Of a stretch of DNA of 64,000 nucleotides, positions 30,410 to 40,755 are shown piece after piece. Source of the stretch: Spirochaetia bacterium (GTDB taxonomy: Bacteria; Spirochaetota; Spirochaetia; SZUA-6; Bin103); contig CBDATQ010000003.1 of the NCBI GenBank assembly GCA_965199955.1, positions 32,001 to 96,000 on the forward strand, in the 5' to 3' direction. The notes under the pieces are model-generated. The model saw only the letters and a program-made list of their open reading frames with translations. It was not told where the DNA came from and ran no database searches. Each line of letters opens with the position of its first letter. Position 1 is the stretch's first letter. Both the position numbers and the translations under genes were made by a program.

Positions 30410-32299
30410 CTAGAAGTCGAGTGCCGGAAGGTAGCCGCTGGGCCCCAGCGCGTTGGGACGCCAACGCGGCGCCACCGCCGGCACGTTCCCGCCGGCTCCC
30501 CAGATCTGCCAGCTCGACTCGTTCACCAGCAGCAGGCAGCCGCACCCGTAACGCGGCAGATCCAGAACCGTGAGATGGCGCACGCGGCCGCTGCGCTCCG
30601 GGAACGGCCGCACCACGCGGCCGGTGAGAGGATCGAGGATGCCGCCGCGGTTCACCGCCAGATCGCTGCCGGTGGTTCCCCACGGCAGCGGGCGGCAGCC
30701 CGCCTCGGCCGACATCTCCACCCAGCGGCTGATCAGCTCGAGCCGGTGGTCGAGCAGCACGGCGATGCCCGGCTCCCGCCACTGGGTGATGGCCAGGATC
30801 TGCGGTTCCGGCCGCCCGGGCACGAAGCGGCCCAGCGCGTACTGCTGCACGTGCCCCCACTTGAGCTGCGTGCGGATGACACCGGTACGCGGCTCGATCT
30901 CCATCAGCCCCTCCTCGCCGGCGGCGACGTAGAAGCGCGGCTCCGCGTTCAGGGAGAACAGCCCGATGGCGTCCGAATGATCGGGCAGGTCGAGCGACCA
31001 CACGGTGTCTCCGGCAGGAGAGAGCAGCGTCCGGCTGGCGAACAGGTAGTCCGGCTCCCCGGCCCGAAGCTGCACGGGCAGCGGAAAGTGGCCGGTGTTC
31101 AGCGCCCGGTGCCACAGCAGCTCCAGGCGGCGGTCGTACAGCCAGATGTTCCAGTAGCGGTCCTTGACGTAGAAGCCCGGAGGCTGTCCCACCTCGGTGA
31201 GGACGGGACAGATGGCATCCCCGAGCATGCGCTCGTGCGGGTAGTCGGCGTCCTCCCGGTAGGGATTGGAGGGAGGAGACGCCACCGTTGCACGGTGCTC
31301 GCCGGTGACCGCGTCGTGCACGTGGATGCCGAAGTCGGCGGTGAACACCACCTCGCGGCGGCCGTCGCCCTCGATGTCGAGGGCGCACAGCGGCAGGTCG
31401 CCTCCCTGGCTCAGCGGGTGCTCGAACGGTCCAAGCCGCCACCGGTGGCCGTGGATCAGGTGCTGGCAGTGAACCTCGGTGCCGTGATGCTCATCGGCCA
31501 GCAGCTCCGGCAGCCCGTCGCCGTCGGTGTCCTGGAACACCACGCGGCTGCGGCACAGCGCCTCGTCCAGGGCGCCCTCGGCCAGCAGCTCCATGTCCGG
31601 AGCGTCCGGCAGCGGCAGCTCGGTCTGCCGGATCCGTTGGCCGGCGACCTGCACCAGTCCGTAGGTCGATTCGCCGCTGCACACCAGGGCGGCTCGACCG
31701 TGGGCGTAGCGGCCGTCGACGACACGGATGGTCGGTCCGTCCACCAGGCCCGCCTGCAGCTCGTTGCCGGTGACCCGGATCAGCATGCGGTACTCCGGAA
31801 GCGGAGCGGGCAGCGGCACCTGGGCCAGCACCTGGTGCCGGTCGCCCGAGCGCAGCACCAGCCGCAATCCGGCGCCGTCCTCCACGGTCAGCGCGTAGTG
31901 GTGGCGGGCGTCCTGGTAGCGGAACGCAACGCCGGTAGGTCCGTCCCTACCACCGCTGCAGCTCGCTCGCAGCTCGTAGTCCGTCCAGCCCCAGTCGCCG
32001 AAGGCCAGGGTCGGGATCGGCGGAACCTGGATCGTCACGAAGGGGTCGAAGGCGCCGCACTCGTCCAGCATCCGCTGCTTGCGGGTCTCCCGCTCGCGCG
32101 CGCAGCTGCGGGTCTGGCGCACGCGGCTGCCATCGATGATCCAGTTGGGAGCGTCCCAGCTGGACAGCAGAGACTCCTCGCGTACCGGCGCGCGTGAGAA
32201 CGTGTCGTCTTCCAGGCGCACGGCCAGCTCCTCGGTGCGCATCCGGTCGAAGCGCAGATCGAAGTCGAAGCGCTCGGTTGCCAGTTCTGCGAAGTTCAT
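30410..32299 (-). CDS. Hypothetical protein: N-terminal beta-sandwich-like region plus rhamnogalacturonan-lyase-like beta-propeller
   Basis: WTDYEL..GVAFRYQD..HY; DTDGDGLPE, DIEGDGRRE, VKDRYW, NTGHFP, DHSDA, GHVQ. Confidence 0.65.
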   Translation of the reverse strand: MNFAELATERFDFDLRFDRMRTEELAVRLEDDTFSRAPVREESLLSSWDAPNWIIDGSRVRQTRSCARERETRKQRMLDECGAFDPFVTIQVPPIPTLAFGDWGWTDYELRASCSGGRDGPTGVAFRYQDARHHYALTVEDGAGLRLVLRSGDRHQVLAQVPLPAPLPEYRMLIRVTGNELQAGLVDGPTIRVVDGRYAHGRAALVCSGESTYGLVQVAGQRIRQTELPLPDAPDMELLAEGALDEALCRSRVVFQDTDGDGLPELLADEHHGTEVHCQHLIHGHRWRLGPFEHPLSQGGDLPLCALDIEGDGRREVVFTADFGIHVHDAVTGEHRATVASPPSNPYREDADYPHERMLGDAICPVLTEVGQPPGFYVKDRYWNIWLYDRRLELLWHRALNTGHFPLPVQLRAGEPDYLFASRTLLSPAGDTVWSLDLPDHSDAIGLFSLNAEPRFYVAAGEEGLMEIEPRTGVIRTQLKWGHVQQYALGRFVPGRPEPQILAITQWREPGIAVLLDHRLELISRWVEMSAEAGCRPLPWGTTGSDLAVNRGGILDPLTGRVVRPFPERSGRVRHLTVLDLPRYGCGCLLLVNESSWQIWGAGGNVPAVAPRWRPNALGPSGYLPALDF

Positions 32300-32766
32300 G
32301 AGTCGTCCTCCCGTCCCGTGGTCAGTGTTTGACCCTCGATATCCTCAATGGGGTTCCATACGCGCGCGAAGCCGAACCCGGTGAAGTCATGGACGTTCGC
32401 CGTTGCAAGTTCGGTCACGCCATGGTGACGCAGCGTCAGCGCCAGCCGCGCGTCGATGATCCGGCGCCGCGCGAATTCGGCTGCCCCTGCCCGTTGCCAG
32501 ACCTCCGTCATGACGGGAGCATGCTCGACCAGTCGCCACCGCGGGTTGTTGCGGTAAGCCGCGCAGACCTCGACCGCGTCCTCCGCCCCGAGGGGGCGGG
32601 AGACGATCGCGGCGCTCCTGAGCACCAGGTACAGTTCGACCAGCACCAGCTCGCAGATGACGATCTCGCGATCCCGGCAGGTGGACAGAAATCCGCGTGC
32701 CCGCGGGTGCTCTTCGCAATCCGCGTTCTGCGCGTACACCAGCAGGTTGGTGTCGATCGAGAGCAC
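32296..32766 (-). CDS. vapC: VapC-family PIN-domain toxin
   Basis: SIDTNLLVYA, LVELY, IIDARLA, TANVHDF..F..VWNP. Confidence 0.92.
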   Translation of the reverse strand: MLSIDTNLLVYAQNADCEEHPRARGFLSTCRDREIVICELVLVELYLVLRSAAIVSRPLGAEDAVEVCAAYRNNPRWRLVEHAPVMTEVWQRAGAAEFARRRIIDARLALTLRHHGVTELATANVHDFTGFGFARVWNPIEDIEGQTLTTGREDDS

Positions 32767-32770
32767 CCGA

Positions 32771-33013
32771 TCAACGCTCCGATGCCGGCTCGTTCACCAG
32801 CAGCCGCCAGTCCTCGGGGGACGCCTTGAATGCGCCGAGCCTGCTGGGCGGAGGAGGAGCCCAGCTCCGTTGGCTGCCGATAGCCGGATAGGCTCGCGTG
32901 ATGTACTCCACGCCGCGCCGTACCACCTCCGCCAGCGACATCTCGCGTTCACGGGCGACCCGCTTGGCCTCCTCGTAGAGCGCATCGGGAAGCTGAATCT
33001 GGGTGCGTACCAT
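32771..33013 (-). CDS. Ribbon-helix-helix antitoxin (VapB-type)
   Basis: [24 protein letters not shown], directly upstream of the PIN toxin. Confidence 0.85.
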   Translation of the reverse strand: MVRTQIQLPDALYEEAKRVAREREMSLAEVVRRGVEYITRAYPAIGSQRSWAPPPPSRLGAFKASPEDWRLLVNEPASER

Positions 33014-33019
33014 GCCGCC

Positions 33020-33048
33020 AAAATAACATGCTTAAATTATGATGTCAA
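33020..33048 (-). promoter_or_regulatory. Sigma-70 promoter of the TA operon (probably leaderless)
   Basis: TTGACA (33048-33043), 17 bp, TGn-TATTTT (33025-33020), 6 nt to ATG. Confidence 0.8.
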
Positions 33049-33106
33049 TCGTACGCTCGATCGTCGATGCCTACACGCACGCGCGTTCGTGCGATCCTGG
33101 CCGGAC

Positions 33107-33303
33107 GTGAAGCCGGCAGTGTTCGCCTCGGGCCGGGGCAGCAATCTGAAGGTCCTCATCGCGCGGGTCGCCGCCGGCCGGCTGCCGGCGCGGATCGTCC
33201 TGGTGCTGAGCAACAACAGCGGCAGCGGCGCGCGGCCGCCGTCGAGCACGACCTGTACTGGCGCGTGATCGCCGATCTGATCGCCGGCGGAGCCGGCGCG
33301 TGA
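33107..33303 (+). pseudogene. purN: Internally deleted phosphoribosylglycinamide formyltransferase remnant
   Basis: VKPAVFASGRGSNL..IVLVLSNN..GA N-terminus joined out of frame to C-terminal AVEHDLYWRVI. Confidence 0.85.
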
Positions 33304-34376
33304 AGGGGCGCGGGGCGGCCGTCAACCCGCCGAACCGATTCGAACGGATCGAGTACGTCGCCGATCCGGAGGCACCGCCCGGGCGGCCGGAGACCGAGCT
33401 GTTGCGCGACCGCTCCCGCTCCATCATCGCCACCAACCTGAGCCCGGACATCGGCTTCGACGCCTCCATCAACCCCTACCGCGGCTGCGCGCACGGATGC
33501 GCGTACTGCTACGCCCGGCCCACGCACGAGTACCTGGGCTTCTCCGCCGGGATCGACTTCGAGACCCGCATCGTGGTCAAGGAGGACGCGCCCGAGCTGC
33601 TGGCCGCGGAGCTCGCCCGTCCGCGCTGGCGCCCGCAGCCGCTGGCGCTCTCCGGGGTGACCGATCCGTACCAGCCGGTCGAGCGCCAACTCCGCATCAC
33701 CCGCCGCTGCCTGGAGGTGCTGGCCGAGTTCCGCAACCCCGTGATCGTGGTCACCAAGAACCGTCTGGTGGCCCGCGACGCCGACCTGCTGGCCGACCTT
33801 GCCGCCGGCGGCGCTGCCGCGGTGTTCCTGTCGATCCCGACGATCGACGCCTCCCTGAGCAATGCCCTGGAACCGCGCACCAGCACCCCCGCCCGGCGGC
33901 TGCAGGCGATGGAGAGCCTGGCGGCGGCCGGCGTGCCGGTGGGAGTCCTGACGGCGCCCGTGATCCCGGGCCTCACCGATCACGAGATACCGGCAATCCT
34001 GGACGCCGCGGGAGCCGCAGGCGCGTCGTTCGCCGGCTACGTCATGCTGCGGCTGCCGCTGGCGGTAGCGCCGCTGTTCGAGGACTGGCTCGAACGGCAC
34101 CGGCCCGACCGGAAAGGCAAGGTATTGTCACGCATCCGCCAGGTCCGCGGCGGCAAGCACGCGGACGGCCGGCTCAACGATGCCGGTTTCGGCTCACGGA
34201 TGCGGGGCTCGGGGCCGTTCGCGGACCTGGTGGCGACCATGTTCGCCCGGTCGTGCGCGCGCGCCGGCGTCGCCGACCGCGCCCCCGAGCTCGACACCGG
34301 CTCGTTCCGCGTCCCGGACCGCTACCGGGCGGGCGCGGACCAGCTCACGTTGTGGCCCGGACCGCCGCCTCGATGA
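33300..34376 (+). CDS. PA0069-family radical SAM protein (SplB-like)
   Basis: SINPYRGCAHGCAYCYARP (CxxxCxxC), TDPYQPVE, LEPRT, APVIPGL. Confidence 0.92.
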   Translation: MKGRGAAVNPPNRFERIEYVADPEAPPGRPETELLRDRSRSIIATNLSPDIGFDASINPYRGCAHGCAYCYARPTHEYLGFSAGIDFETRIVVKEDAPELLAAELARPRWRPQPLALSGVTDPYQPVERQLRITRRCLEVLAEFRNPVIVVTKNRLVARDADLLADLAAGGAAAVFLSIPTIDASLSNALEPRTSTPARRLQAMESLAAAGVPVGVLTAPVIPGLTDHEIPAILDAAGAAGASFAGYVMLRLPLAVAPLFEDWLERHRPDRKGKVLSRIRQVRGGKHADGRLNDAGFGSRMRGSGPFADLVATMFARSCARAGVADRAPELDTGSFRVPDRYRAGADQLTLWPGPPPR

Positions 34377-36219
34377 GCTCGTCCGGGATGTCGTCGAACG
34401 ACGAGTAGTTCATGGAGTACAGCCGCGCGTACAGGCCGTTCAGGGCCATCAGCTCGGCATGCGTGCCGCGCTCCACGATGCGGCCCTCCTGCAGGACCAG
34501 GATGCGGTCGGCGCCGCGAATGGTGGCCAGCCGGTGCGCGATCACCAGGCCGGTCCGTCCTTCGAGGAGCCTGGTGAGCGCCTTCTGGATCAGCATCTCC
34601 GTGTAGCTGTCGATGTTGGCGGTCGCCTCGTCCAGCACCAGGACCTTGGTGTCGGCCATCACGGCGCGCGCGAAGCTGATGAGCTGGCGCTGGCCGAGCG
34701 ACAGGTTGCCGCCGCGCTGCTCGATCTCGGTCTGGTAGCCGTCCGGCAGGCGCATGATGAACCCGTGCGCGCCGACCGTGCGGGCCGCCTGCTCGACCGC
34801 CTCAAGCGTCACGTGCGGCTTGTGGTAGCGGATGTTCTCCTCGATCGTGCCCGAGAACAGGAACGGCTCCTGCAACACCATGCCGATGTGGCGGCCGAGC
34901 GAGTCCTGAGACACGTCGCGCACGTCGTGGCCGCCCACCAGCACCTTCCCGTCCCACACCTCGTAGAAGCGGTGCGCCAGCGCCGTGATGCTGGTCTTGC
35001 CCGATCCGGTCGGTCCGACCAGGGCCACGGTCTCTCCGGGACGGGCGGTAAAGGTGATGTCGCGCAGGACCGGCTGATCCGGGACGTAGCCGAAGGTGAC
35101 GCCGCGGAACTCGACCGAGCCGTCGCAGTCGTCGAGATCGATCGCACCGGGCCGGTCCTTGATTTCGACCGGCACGTCCATCACCTCGAAGATCCGCTGC
35201 CCGGCCGCCATGGCCCGCTGCATGATGCTGAGCTGCATCGTCACCGAGCGGATCGGCTGGAAGAACCGCTGAATGTAGATCAGGAAAGCGATCAGCACGC
35301 CCAGGTCGAGGCTCCGGTCGAGCACCATCGACCCGCCCACGACCACGACGATCCCGGTCGCCATGCCGGTGAGCGTGTCGACGATCGGGATGATCATCTG
35401 CGCGATCATCACCGCGCGCGACTGCGCGACCAGGTTCTCGTGCGCCTTGTCGTGGTACAGATCCAGGTTGACCGGCTCCCGGCCCGCCTCCTGCACGGTG
35501 CGCACGCCGTTGATCGCCTCGGCCATGGCGCCGTTGGCGATGGACGACGCCTCCCGCGCGCGCAGGAAGGTGCGCCGGGCGTGCGGCAGCCAGACCATGC
35601 GGACGATGATCAGCGTCGGCACCACCGCCAGGGCCAGCAGCCCGAGCATCCAGTCCATGGCCACCAGCACCGTCATGATGCCGACGAGCAGCACCATGTC
35701 GCCGACCGCGAACACCGACGACTCCAGGAACTCCTGCAGCGCGTACACGTCGCCCTGCAGGCGCGACATCAGCCGCCCGGTCTCGGTGCGGTCCATGAAG
35801 GACAGCGACACCCGCTGCAGGTGGCGGTACATGGCGCGGCGCAGGTCGAACAGTACGCGCTCGCCGGCGCGCGCCACCACGCCTTCCTGCAGCACGTTGG
35901 CGATAAAGTTGACGAGGATGATGCCGACGAAGACGGCGGCCGTGGCCCGCAGCAGCCTCAGGGCGGCATCACCGGCGCCCGCCACGTAATCGAACGTGTT
36001 GCTCACGATCAGCGGGATGGCGAGCTGCGTGGCGGTAAACACCAGCACCGCCGCCAGCCCGAACAGCAGCCGCCGCCGGTAGGGGACCACGAACGCCAGG
36101 AGCCGGCGCACGACCTTGCCGTCGAAGGTCGCGCCGAACATCACCTCCTCGCGGTTGGACTGCGCCCCCACCGACGCCAGGCGGGGCCGCTTTTCGACAG
36201 GCGCTGCCCTAGTGGCCAC
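34345..36219 (-). CDS. ABC exporter subunit (TMD-NBD)
   Basis: Six TM segments, [24 protein letters not shown]. Confidence 0.93.
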   Translation of the reverse strand: MATRAAPVEKRPRLASVGAQSNREEVMFGATFDGKVVRRLLAFVVPYRRRLLFGLAAVLVFTATQLAIPLIVSNTFDYVAGAGDAALRLLRATAAVFVGIILVNFIANVLQEGVVARAGERVLFDLRRAMYRHLQRVSLSFMDRTETGRLMSRLQGDVYALQEFLESSVFAVGDMVLLVGIMTVLVAMDWMLGLLALAVVPTLIIVRMVWLPHARRTFLRAREASSIANGAMAEAINGVRTVQEAGREPVNLDLYHDKAHENLVAQSRAVMIAQMIIPIVDTLTGMATGIVVVVGGSMVLDRSLDLGVLIAFLIYIQRFFQPIRSVTMQLSIMQRAMAAGQRIFEVMDVPVEIKDRPGAIDLDDCDGSVEFRGVTFGYVPDQPVLRDITFTARPGETVALVGPTGSGKTSITALAHRFYEVWDGKVLVGGHDVRDVSQDSLGRHIGMVLQEPFLFSGTIEENIRYHKPHVTLEAVEQAARTVGAHGFIMRLPDGYQTEIEQRGGNLSLGQRQLISFARAVMADTKVLVLDEATANIDSYTEMLIQKALTRLLEGRTGLVIAHRLATIRGADRILVLQEGRIVERGTHAELMALNGLYARLYSMNYSSFDDIPDELIEAAVRATT

Positions 36220-38086
36220 GCACCACCTCCCCGGCGCGCGCCGCGCTGCCGGCGATGCTGTCGGCGATCCGGTGCGACTCCGAGGGGTTCGCCTGGAGCT
36301 GGTACAGCGCGCGGTACCGTCCGCCCAGCTCCATCAGCTCGGCGTGGGTGCCGCGCTCGACGATGGACCCGGCGTCCACGAACAGGATCTCGTCGGCATG
36401 CATCAGCGAGCTCAGCCGGTGCGAGACGATGATCGTGGCGGTGCGCTCGGTCAGCTTGCGCAGCGCGGTGCGGATGCGCCGCTCGGTCCCGGCGTCGATC
36501 GCCGCCGTGGAGTCGTCGAAGGCGATGACCGCCGGCCTGACCATGATGCTGCGGGCGATCGAAAGCCGTTGCCGCTGCCCGCCGGACAGCGACACGCCGC
36601 GCTCGCCGACCAGCGTCCGGTACTCCTCGGGCAGTCCCAGCACCCAGTCGTGGAGCTGCGCGGACGAGCTGGCGTGGGTGATCTGCTCGCGCTGCACCCA
36701 AGGGTCGGCGTAGGCGACGTTGCTCTCCACACTGGCGGTGAACAGGAAGTTGTCCTGCTGGATCACCCCCACCGCCGAGCGCAGCGACTGCAGGGTCACC
36801 GAGCGGATATCCTGACCGTCGATGGTGATGCGGCCCGCGTCGATGTCGTAGTAGCGGGCGGTCAGCAGCGCGATGGTCGATTTTCCGGACCCCGGCGGCC
36901 CGACGATGCCGAGCGTGCGGCCGGGCCCCACCTCGAAACTGATGCCGTCCAGCACCGTGTCACCGCCGCCGCCATAGGAGAAGCTCACCGATTCGAAGCG
37001 CAACACCCCTTCGCGGATCTCCAGGTCGTGCGCGTCAGGCCGGTCCCTGATGTCCGGGTCCAGGTCCAGGATCTCGAACAGCCGCCCGCCGGACGTCGAT
37101 GCGCGCGACAGCGCGCTCACCACCATGCCGAGCTGACGGATCGGCATCTGCAGGATCAGCATGAACACCAGGAACTCGGTGACGTCGCCGACGGTGAGGT
37201 GCCCGGCCAGCACGCGGGTGCCGCCGACCCAGAGCATCAGCGCCATCGCCGAGTAGTAGGCCAGCGTCATCAGGCTCACGTCGCGCACGCGGATGTTGAT
37301 GGTGCGGTCCGTGTAGCGCTTGGCCTGCTCGGTAACCGTGTCGAACTTGCCCATCTCGTGCTCGCGCGCCGCAAACGCGCGGACGACGCGGATGCCGCCC
37401 AGGTTCTCCTCCATCACCTTGGTCAGCCGCGCCAGGCACTGCTGCAGGCGCAGCCACGCCACCCGCAGCCGCATGCGCGCCACCGTCGCCCGCCACGCGA
37501 CCACGGGCGCGAAGCTCATCGCCGCCAACGTGAGCAGCGGATCGGTGCTCAGCAGCAGCCAGGTGCCCCAGCCGAGCAGCACCAGCAGCCAGACCGCCTT
37601 GATCATCCCACGGTTGAAGGAGGTGGCGACCGACTCGACATCGAGCATGCCGCGGGTGATCAGCTCGCCGGTGTGCACGCGGTCGTGGAAGCCGTAGCTG
37701 AGACGCTGCACCTTGTCGTAGTAGTCCATCCGCAGCCGGTAGCCGACGCTCTGGCCGACGATCTCCGCCTGCTGGGTGTGCACCATCATCATCAGCCCGC
37801 GCACCACGCTGGCACCCAGAATCAGAGCGGCGAGCTGCAGGAGTTGCCGCTTGGCCGCCGACGGGTCGGTAGCGCCCGCCAGAATCACGTTCACGGTGTC
37901 CACCACATCGCCGACGTACTGCGGCAGCAGCAGTTGGAACACGGCCGCGGCGACGGTGGCGGTCACCGCGACCGTCAGCCGCACCGGATGGGCCAGCGCC
38001 ATGCGGAGCACGCGCAGCACCGGGCCGAACCCTGCCCAGGTCGTCGTGCGATCCGCCGGCCGGATCACCGATCCTGCGGTACTCAC
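36209..38086 (-). CDS. ABC exporter subunit (TMD-NBD), degenerate-site partner
   Basis: GPPGSGKS, LSGGQRQR, Walker B FDDST (Asp in place of Glu); start GTG 38086 or 38098. Confidence 0.92.
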   Translation of the reverse strand: MSTAGSVIRPADRTTTWAGFGPVLRVLRMALAHPVRLTVAVTATVAAAVFQLLLPQYVGDVVDTVNVILAGATDPSAAKRQLLQLAALILGASVVRGLMMMVHTQQAEIVGQSVGYRLRMDYYDKVQRLSYGFHDRVHTGELITRGMLDVESVATSFNRGMIKAVWLLVLLGWGTWLLLSTDPLLTLAAMSFAPVVAWRATVARMRLRVAWLRLQQCLARLTKVMEENLGGIRVVRAFAAREHEMGKFDTVTEQAKRYTDRTINIRVRDVSLMTLAYYSAMALMLWVGGTRVLAGHLTVGDVTEFLVFMLILQMPIRQLGMVVSALSRASTSGGRLFEILDLDPDIRDRPDAHDLEIREGVLRFESVSFSYGGGGDTVLDGISFEVGPGRTLGIVGPPGSGKSTIALLTARYYDIDAGRITIDGQDIRSVTLQSLRSAVGVIQQDNFLFTASVESNVAYADPWVQREQITHASSSAQLHDWVLGLPEEYRTLVGERGVSLSGGQRQRLSIARSIMVRPAVIAFDDSTAAIDAGTERRIRTALRKLTERTATIIVSHRLSSLMHADEILFVDAGSIVERGTHAELMELGGRYRALYQLQANPSESHRIADSIAGSAARAGEVVRGH

Positions 38087-38220
38087 AAGATTGCCCACTC
38101 TCCGTAGCCGGGCCCGAGGAGCGTCAGCACGAAATCGTCCCGGTCAGGCGCTGCTACCTCCAACGGATCGCGTTCGCTGTTGCTGTGCAACTTGGCCTGG
38201 AGACCCGATTGCTCGCTCAT
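38083..38220 (-). pseudogene. 45-codon remnant resembling the N-terminus of an MBL-fold metallo-hydrolase
   Basis: MSEQ...APDRDDFVLTLLGPGYGEWAIL*; not in the ORF track; stop overlaps the ABC gene GTG (GTGA). Confidence 0.55.
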
Positions 38221-38314
38221 GTTTCATCCGGGACGCACGCTCATAGTATGACGCTTGAGGTTGACGTCCAAGCTCGGTTGGGTCTTCAGGAGCCCCCGGC
38301 TTGGGCTCCTCCTC

Positions 38315-38998
38315 CTACCAGGTGTCGGCCATGCGCTGCAGCAGTGGCGCCACATCGATGTCGAACGCGCCCAGCGGCGCCCGTGTCGGGTCGCCGACCG
38401 ACAAGAACGGATTGTGCGCGACGACGCCGCTTTCGATCCAGCCGACCGCGACGTAGCTGTGCCACACCCCCTGCCGCACGATCGCGTCGAACAGGGCCGA
38501 CAGCCGGTCGCCGAAGTTGCACAGGTAGAAGGAGCAGATCAGCGGCCGGCCGGGGTACACCGAGCAGCGGCGGTCCTGCAGCCAGTGGCAGAAGCCGTCA
38601 TCGCCCTGTCTCGGCACGATCGGCTCCCCGGTGTTCCACTCGTAGAGCAGCGTCGCCTCCGCCGGTGAGGCATCGAACTGCCGCGCCAGGTCGGCGATGC
38701 GGGCAGCTCGCTCGCTCGCGTACGGAGGCTCCGGCAGCTCCAGATGGTCGCGCAGCAACCGTTCCCGGCTGAGTCCAAGCGCCCGCTCCAGCCGAGGCAG
38801 GTCGGCGCCCAGCACCGGCACGCGGTCGCGGCAGCAGAGCCCGCAGCCTGCGCAGCCGACGGTGGCCAGGCCGGGACGGAGCCGCATCCGCTCCAGGGCG
38901 GTGATCAGATCGCCGATCGTCGCCTGTTCGGCGTAGCCGGCAAGCTCGATCTCGTCCCGTTGCAGGACCAGTTGCAGCGAGCCGTTCGTCCCGTCCAT
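38315..38998 (-). CDS. YkgJ-family cysteine-cluster protein
   Basis: CAGCGLCC, CHWLQDRRCSVYPGRPLICSFY. Confidence 0.85.
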   Translation of the reverse strand: MDGTNGSLQLVLQRDEIELAGYAEQATIGDLITALERMRLRPGLATVGCAGCGLCCRDRVPVLGADLPRLERALGLSRERLLRDHLELPEPPYASERAARIADLARQFDASPAEATLLYEWNTGEPIVPRQGDDGFCHWLQDRRCSVYPGRPLICSFYLCNFGDRLSALFDAIVRQGVWHSYVAVGWIESGVVAHNPFLSVGDPTRAPLGAFDIDVAPLLQRMADTW

Positions 38999-39053
38999 GG
39001 CGTCCCGTCCGCAACGGTAGTCGAGACACCCCCGCTCGGCCTACTCTCAACCG

Positions 39054-39623
39054 GTGACCGAATCGAGACCGATGTCCGCAACCGGAGCGATGTCTGCTCC
39101 CAGGCTCCAGGCGTTCTTCACGCACGTCGCGGCCCTGAAGCGGATGCCGCGCAGAGGATGGGTGCAACGGGGGGTCCCCGATCCCGAATCGGTGGCCGCG
39201 CACTCGTTCGGCGTGGCGGCGCTGGCCGCAGTGACCGCCTCCGCGACCGGCGCCGATCCGGCGCGGGCAGCCCTCATCGCCGTGATTCATGACCTGGCGG
39301 AGGCGCTCACCGGCGACGTCACCCCCGCCGACGGCGTGCCCGCCCACGAGAAGCAGCGGCAGGAAGAAGAGGCGGCGCGGCTGATCCTGGCGGACGTCGA
39401 CCCCGACGGGACGCTGATGGCCGCATGGCTGGACTACGCCGAGCGGCGCACGCTGGAAGGCCGGCTGATCAAGGACCTGGACAAGATCGACCTGGCGCTG
39501 CAGGCGGATGCCTACGCCCGCGAGGGGAACCCGGCCGCCGGCACACTGCGCGGCTCCGCCGAGCGCGCGATCCACACGGCGGCCATGCGCGCGCTGCTGC
39601 CGCCCGCGGAGCCGGCGCGATGA
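39054..39623 (+). CDS. HD-domain 5'-deoxynucleotidase-like protein (YfbR/HDDC2 type)
   Basis: LKRMPRRGW, ESVAAHS, HDLAEALTGD, KDLDK. Confidence 0.88.
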   Translation: MTESRPMSATGAMSAPRLQAFFTHVAALKRMPRRGWVQRGVPDPESVAAHSFGVAALAAVTASATGADPARAALIAVIHDLAEALTGDVTPADGVPAHEKQRQEEEAARLILADVDPDGTLMAAWLDYAERRTLEGRLIKDLDKIDLALQADAYAREGNPAAGTLRGSAERAIHTAAMRALLPPAEPAR

Positions 39624-40609
39624 GCCCGCCGCCCGCGATCCGCTGGGGGATCATCGGCTGCGGCGACGTCTGCGAGGTCAAGAGCGGACCGGGGTTCGCC
39701 AAGGCCAGCGGATCACGCCTGGTGGCCGTGATGCGGCGCAATGGCGATGCGGCGCGCGACTACGCCCGCCGCCACGGCGTCCCCCGCGCCTACGACGACG
39801 CCGCCGAGCTGATCGGCGACGTCGAGGTGGACGCGGTCTACGTCGCCACGCCGCCGTCGTCCCATCACGACTATGCGCTGCAGGCGTTGGCGGCCGGCAA
39901 GCCCGTGTACGTGGAGAAACCGATGGCCTGCTCCCACCGGGAGTGCCGGGCCATGAACGCCGCCGCCGATGCCGCGGGCCTGCCGCTGTTCGTGGCCTAC
40001 TACCGGCGCATGCTGCCGCGTTTCGTTGCGGTGCGCGACGCGTTGCTCGGCGGCAGCATCGGCACGCCACTGACGGTGACGGCGCAGTACGTCAGTCCGC
40101 CGGATCCCGCTCTCGGCTCCGGTCCGCTGCCGTGGAGGTACCGGCCGGAGATCGCCGGCGGGGGACTGTTCGCGGACATGGGCTCCCACGTGCTGGACCT
40201 GCTGGACCACCTGCTCGGCCCGATCGAGGAAGTCCGTGGCTTCGCCGTGAACCAGCTCGGCGCCTATGAGGCGGAGGATGCGGTGGCGTTCGCCTTGCGC
40301 TTCCGCGACGGCGTCGTCGGTACGGCGCGCTTCGCCTTCACCGCGCAGGACGAGGTCGACCTGGTCGAGATCGCCGGCAGCCGAGGCGTTCTGCGCTACT
40401 CGACCTTCGGGGACGTCCCGTTCGAGATCGCGACCGCCAGCGGCACCACCCGTACCGAGATCGCCCATCCCGAGCACGTACAGCAGCCGCTGATCCAGTC
40501 GATCGTGGACAAGCTGCGCGGCTCCGGGAGCTGCCCGAGCACCGGCATGAGCGCCGCGCGCACCGGCCGGATCATGGACCGGGTGCTGGAGGAATACAGG
40601 AGCGCCTGA
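39620..40609 (+). CDS. Gfo/Idh/MocA oxidoreductase
   Basis: WGIIGCG, YVATPP, VEKPM, DMGSH. Confidence 0.92.
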   Translation: MSPPPAIRWGIIGCGDVCEVKSGPGFAKASGSRLVAVMRRNGDAARDYARRHGVPRAYDDAAELIGDVEVDAVYVATPPSSHHDYALQALAAGKPVYVEKPMACSHRECRAMNAAADAAGLPLFVAYYRRMLPRFVAVRDALLGGSIGTPLTVTAQYVSPPDPALGSGPLPWRYRPEIAGGGLFADMGSHVLDLLDHLLGPIEEVRGFAVNQLGAYEAEDAVAFALRFRDGVVGTARFAFTAQDEVDLVEIAGSRGVLRYSTFGDVPFEIATASGTTRTEIAHPEHVQQPLIQSIVDKLRGSGSCPSTGMSAARTGRIMDRVLEEYRSA

Positions 40610-40679
40610 CCGGCCGCGTGTCCTCCGGACACAACAAGCGGCGCCGCCATGAGCAGCGCCAGCGATCTGGCGCGCCGTC

Positions 40680-40755
40680 GACGTGCGCGCTAAGAGGGAC
40701 GTGCGCGCTAAGAGGTTTGACAAAACACGAGGTTTGACAAACCACCACAAAACAC
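40680..40755. repeat. Nested short tandem duplications
   Basis: GACGTGCGCGCTAAGAGG twice (40680, 40698); GAGGTTTGACAAA twice (40712, 40729); ACAAAACAC twice (40720, 40747). Confidence 0.9.

Noticed and set aside
40716..40741. Leptospira-type LexA box (TTTG-N5-CAAA)
   Set aside because: Spacer is 1 nt rather than 5, and the site lies between convergent 3' ends
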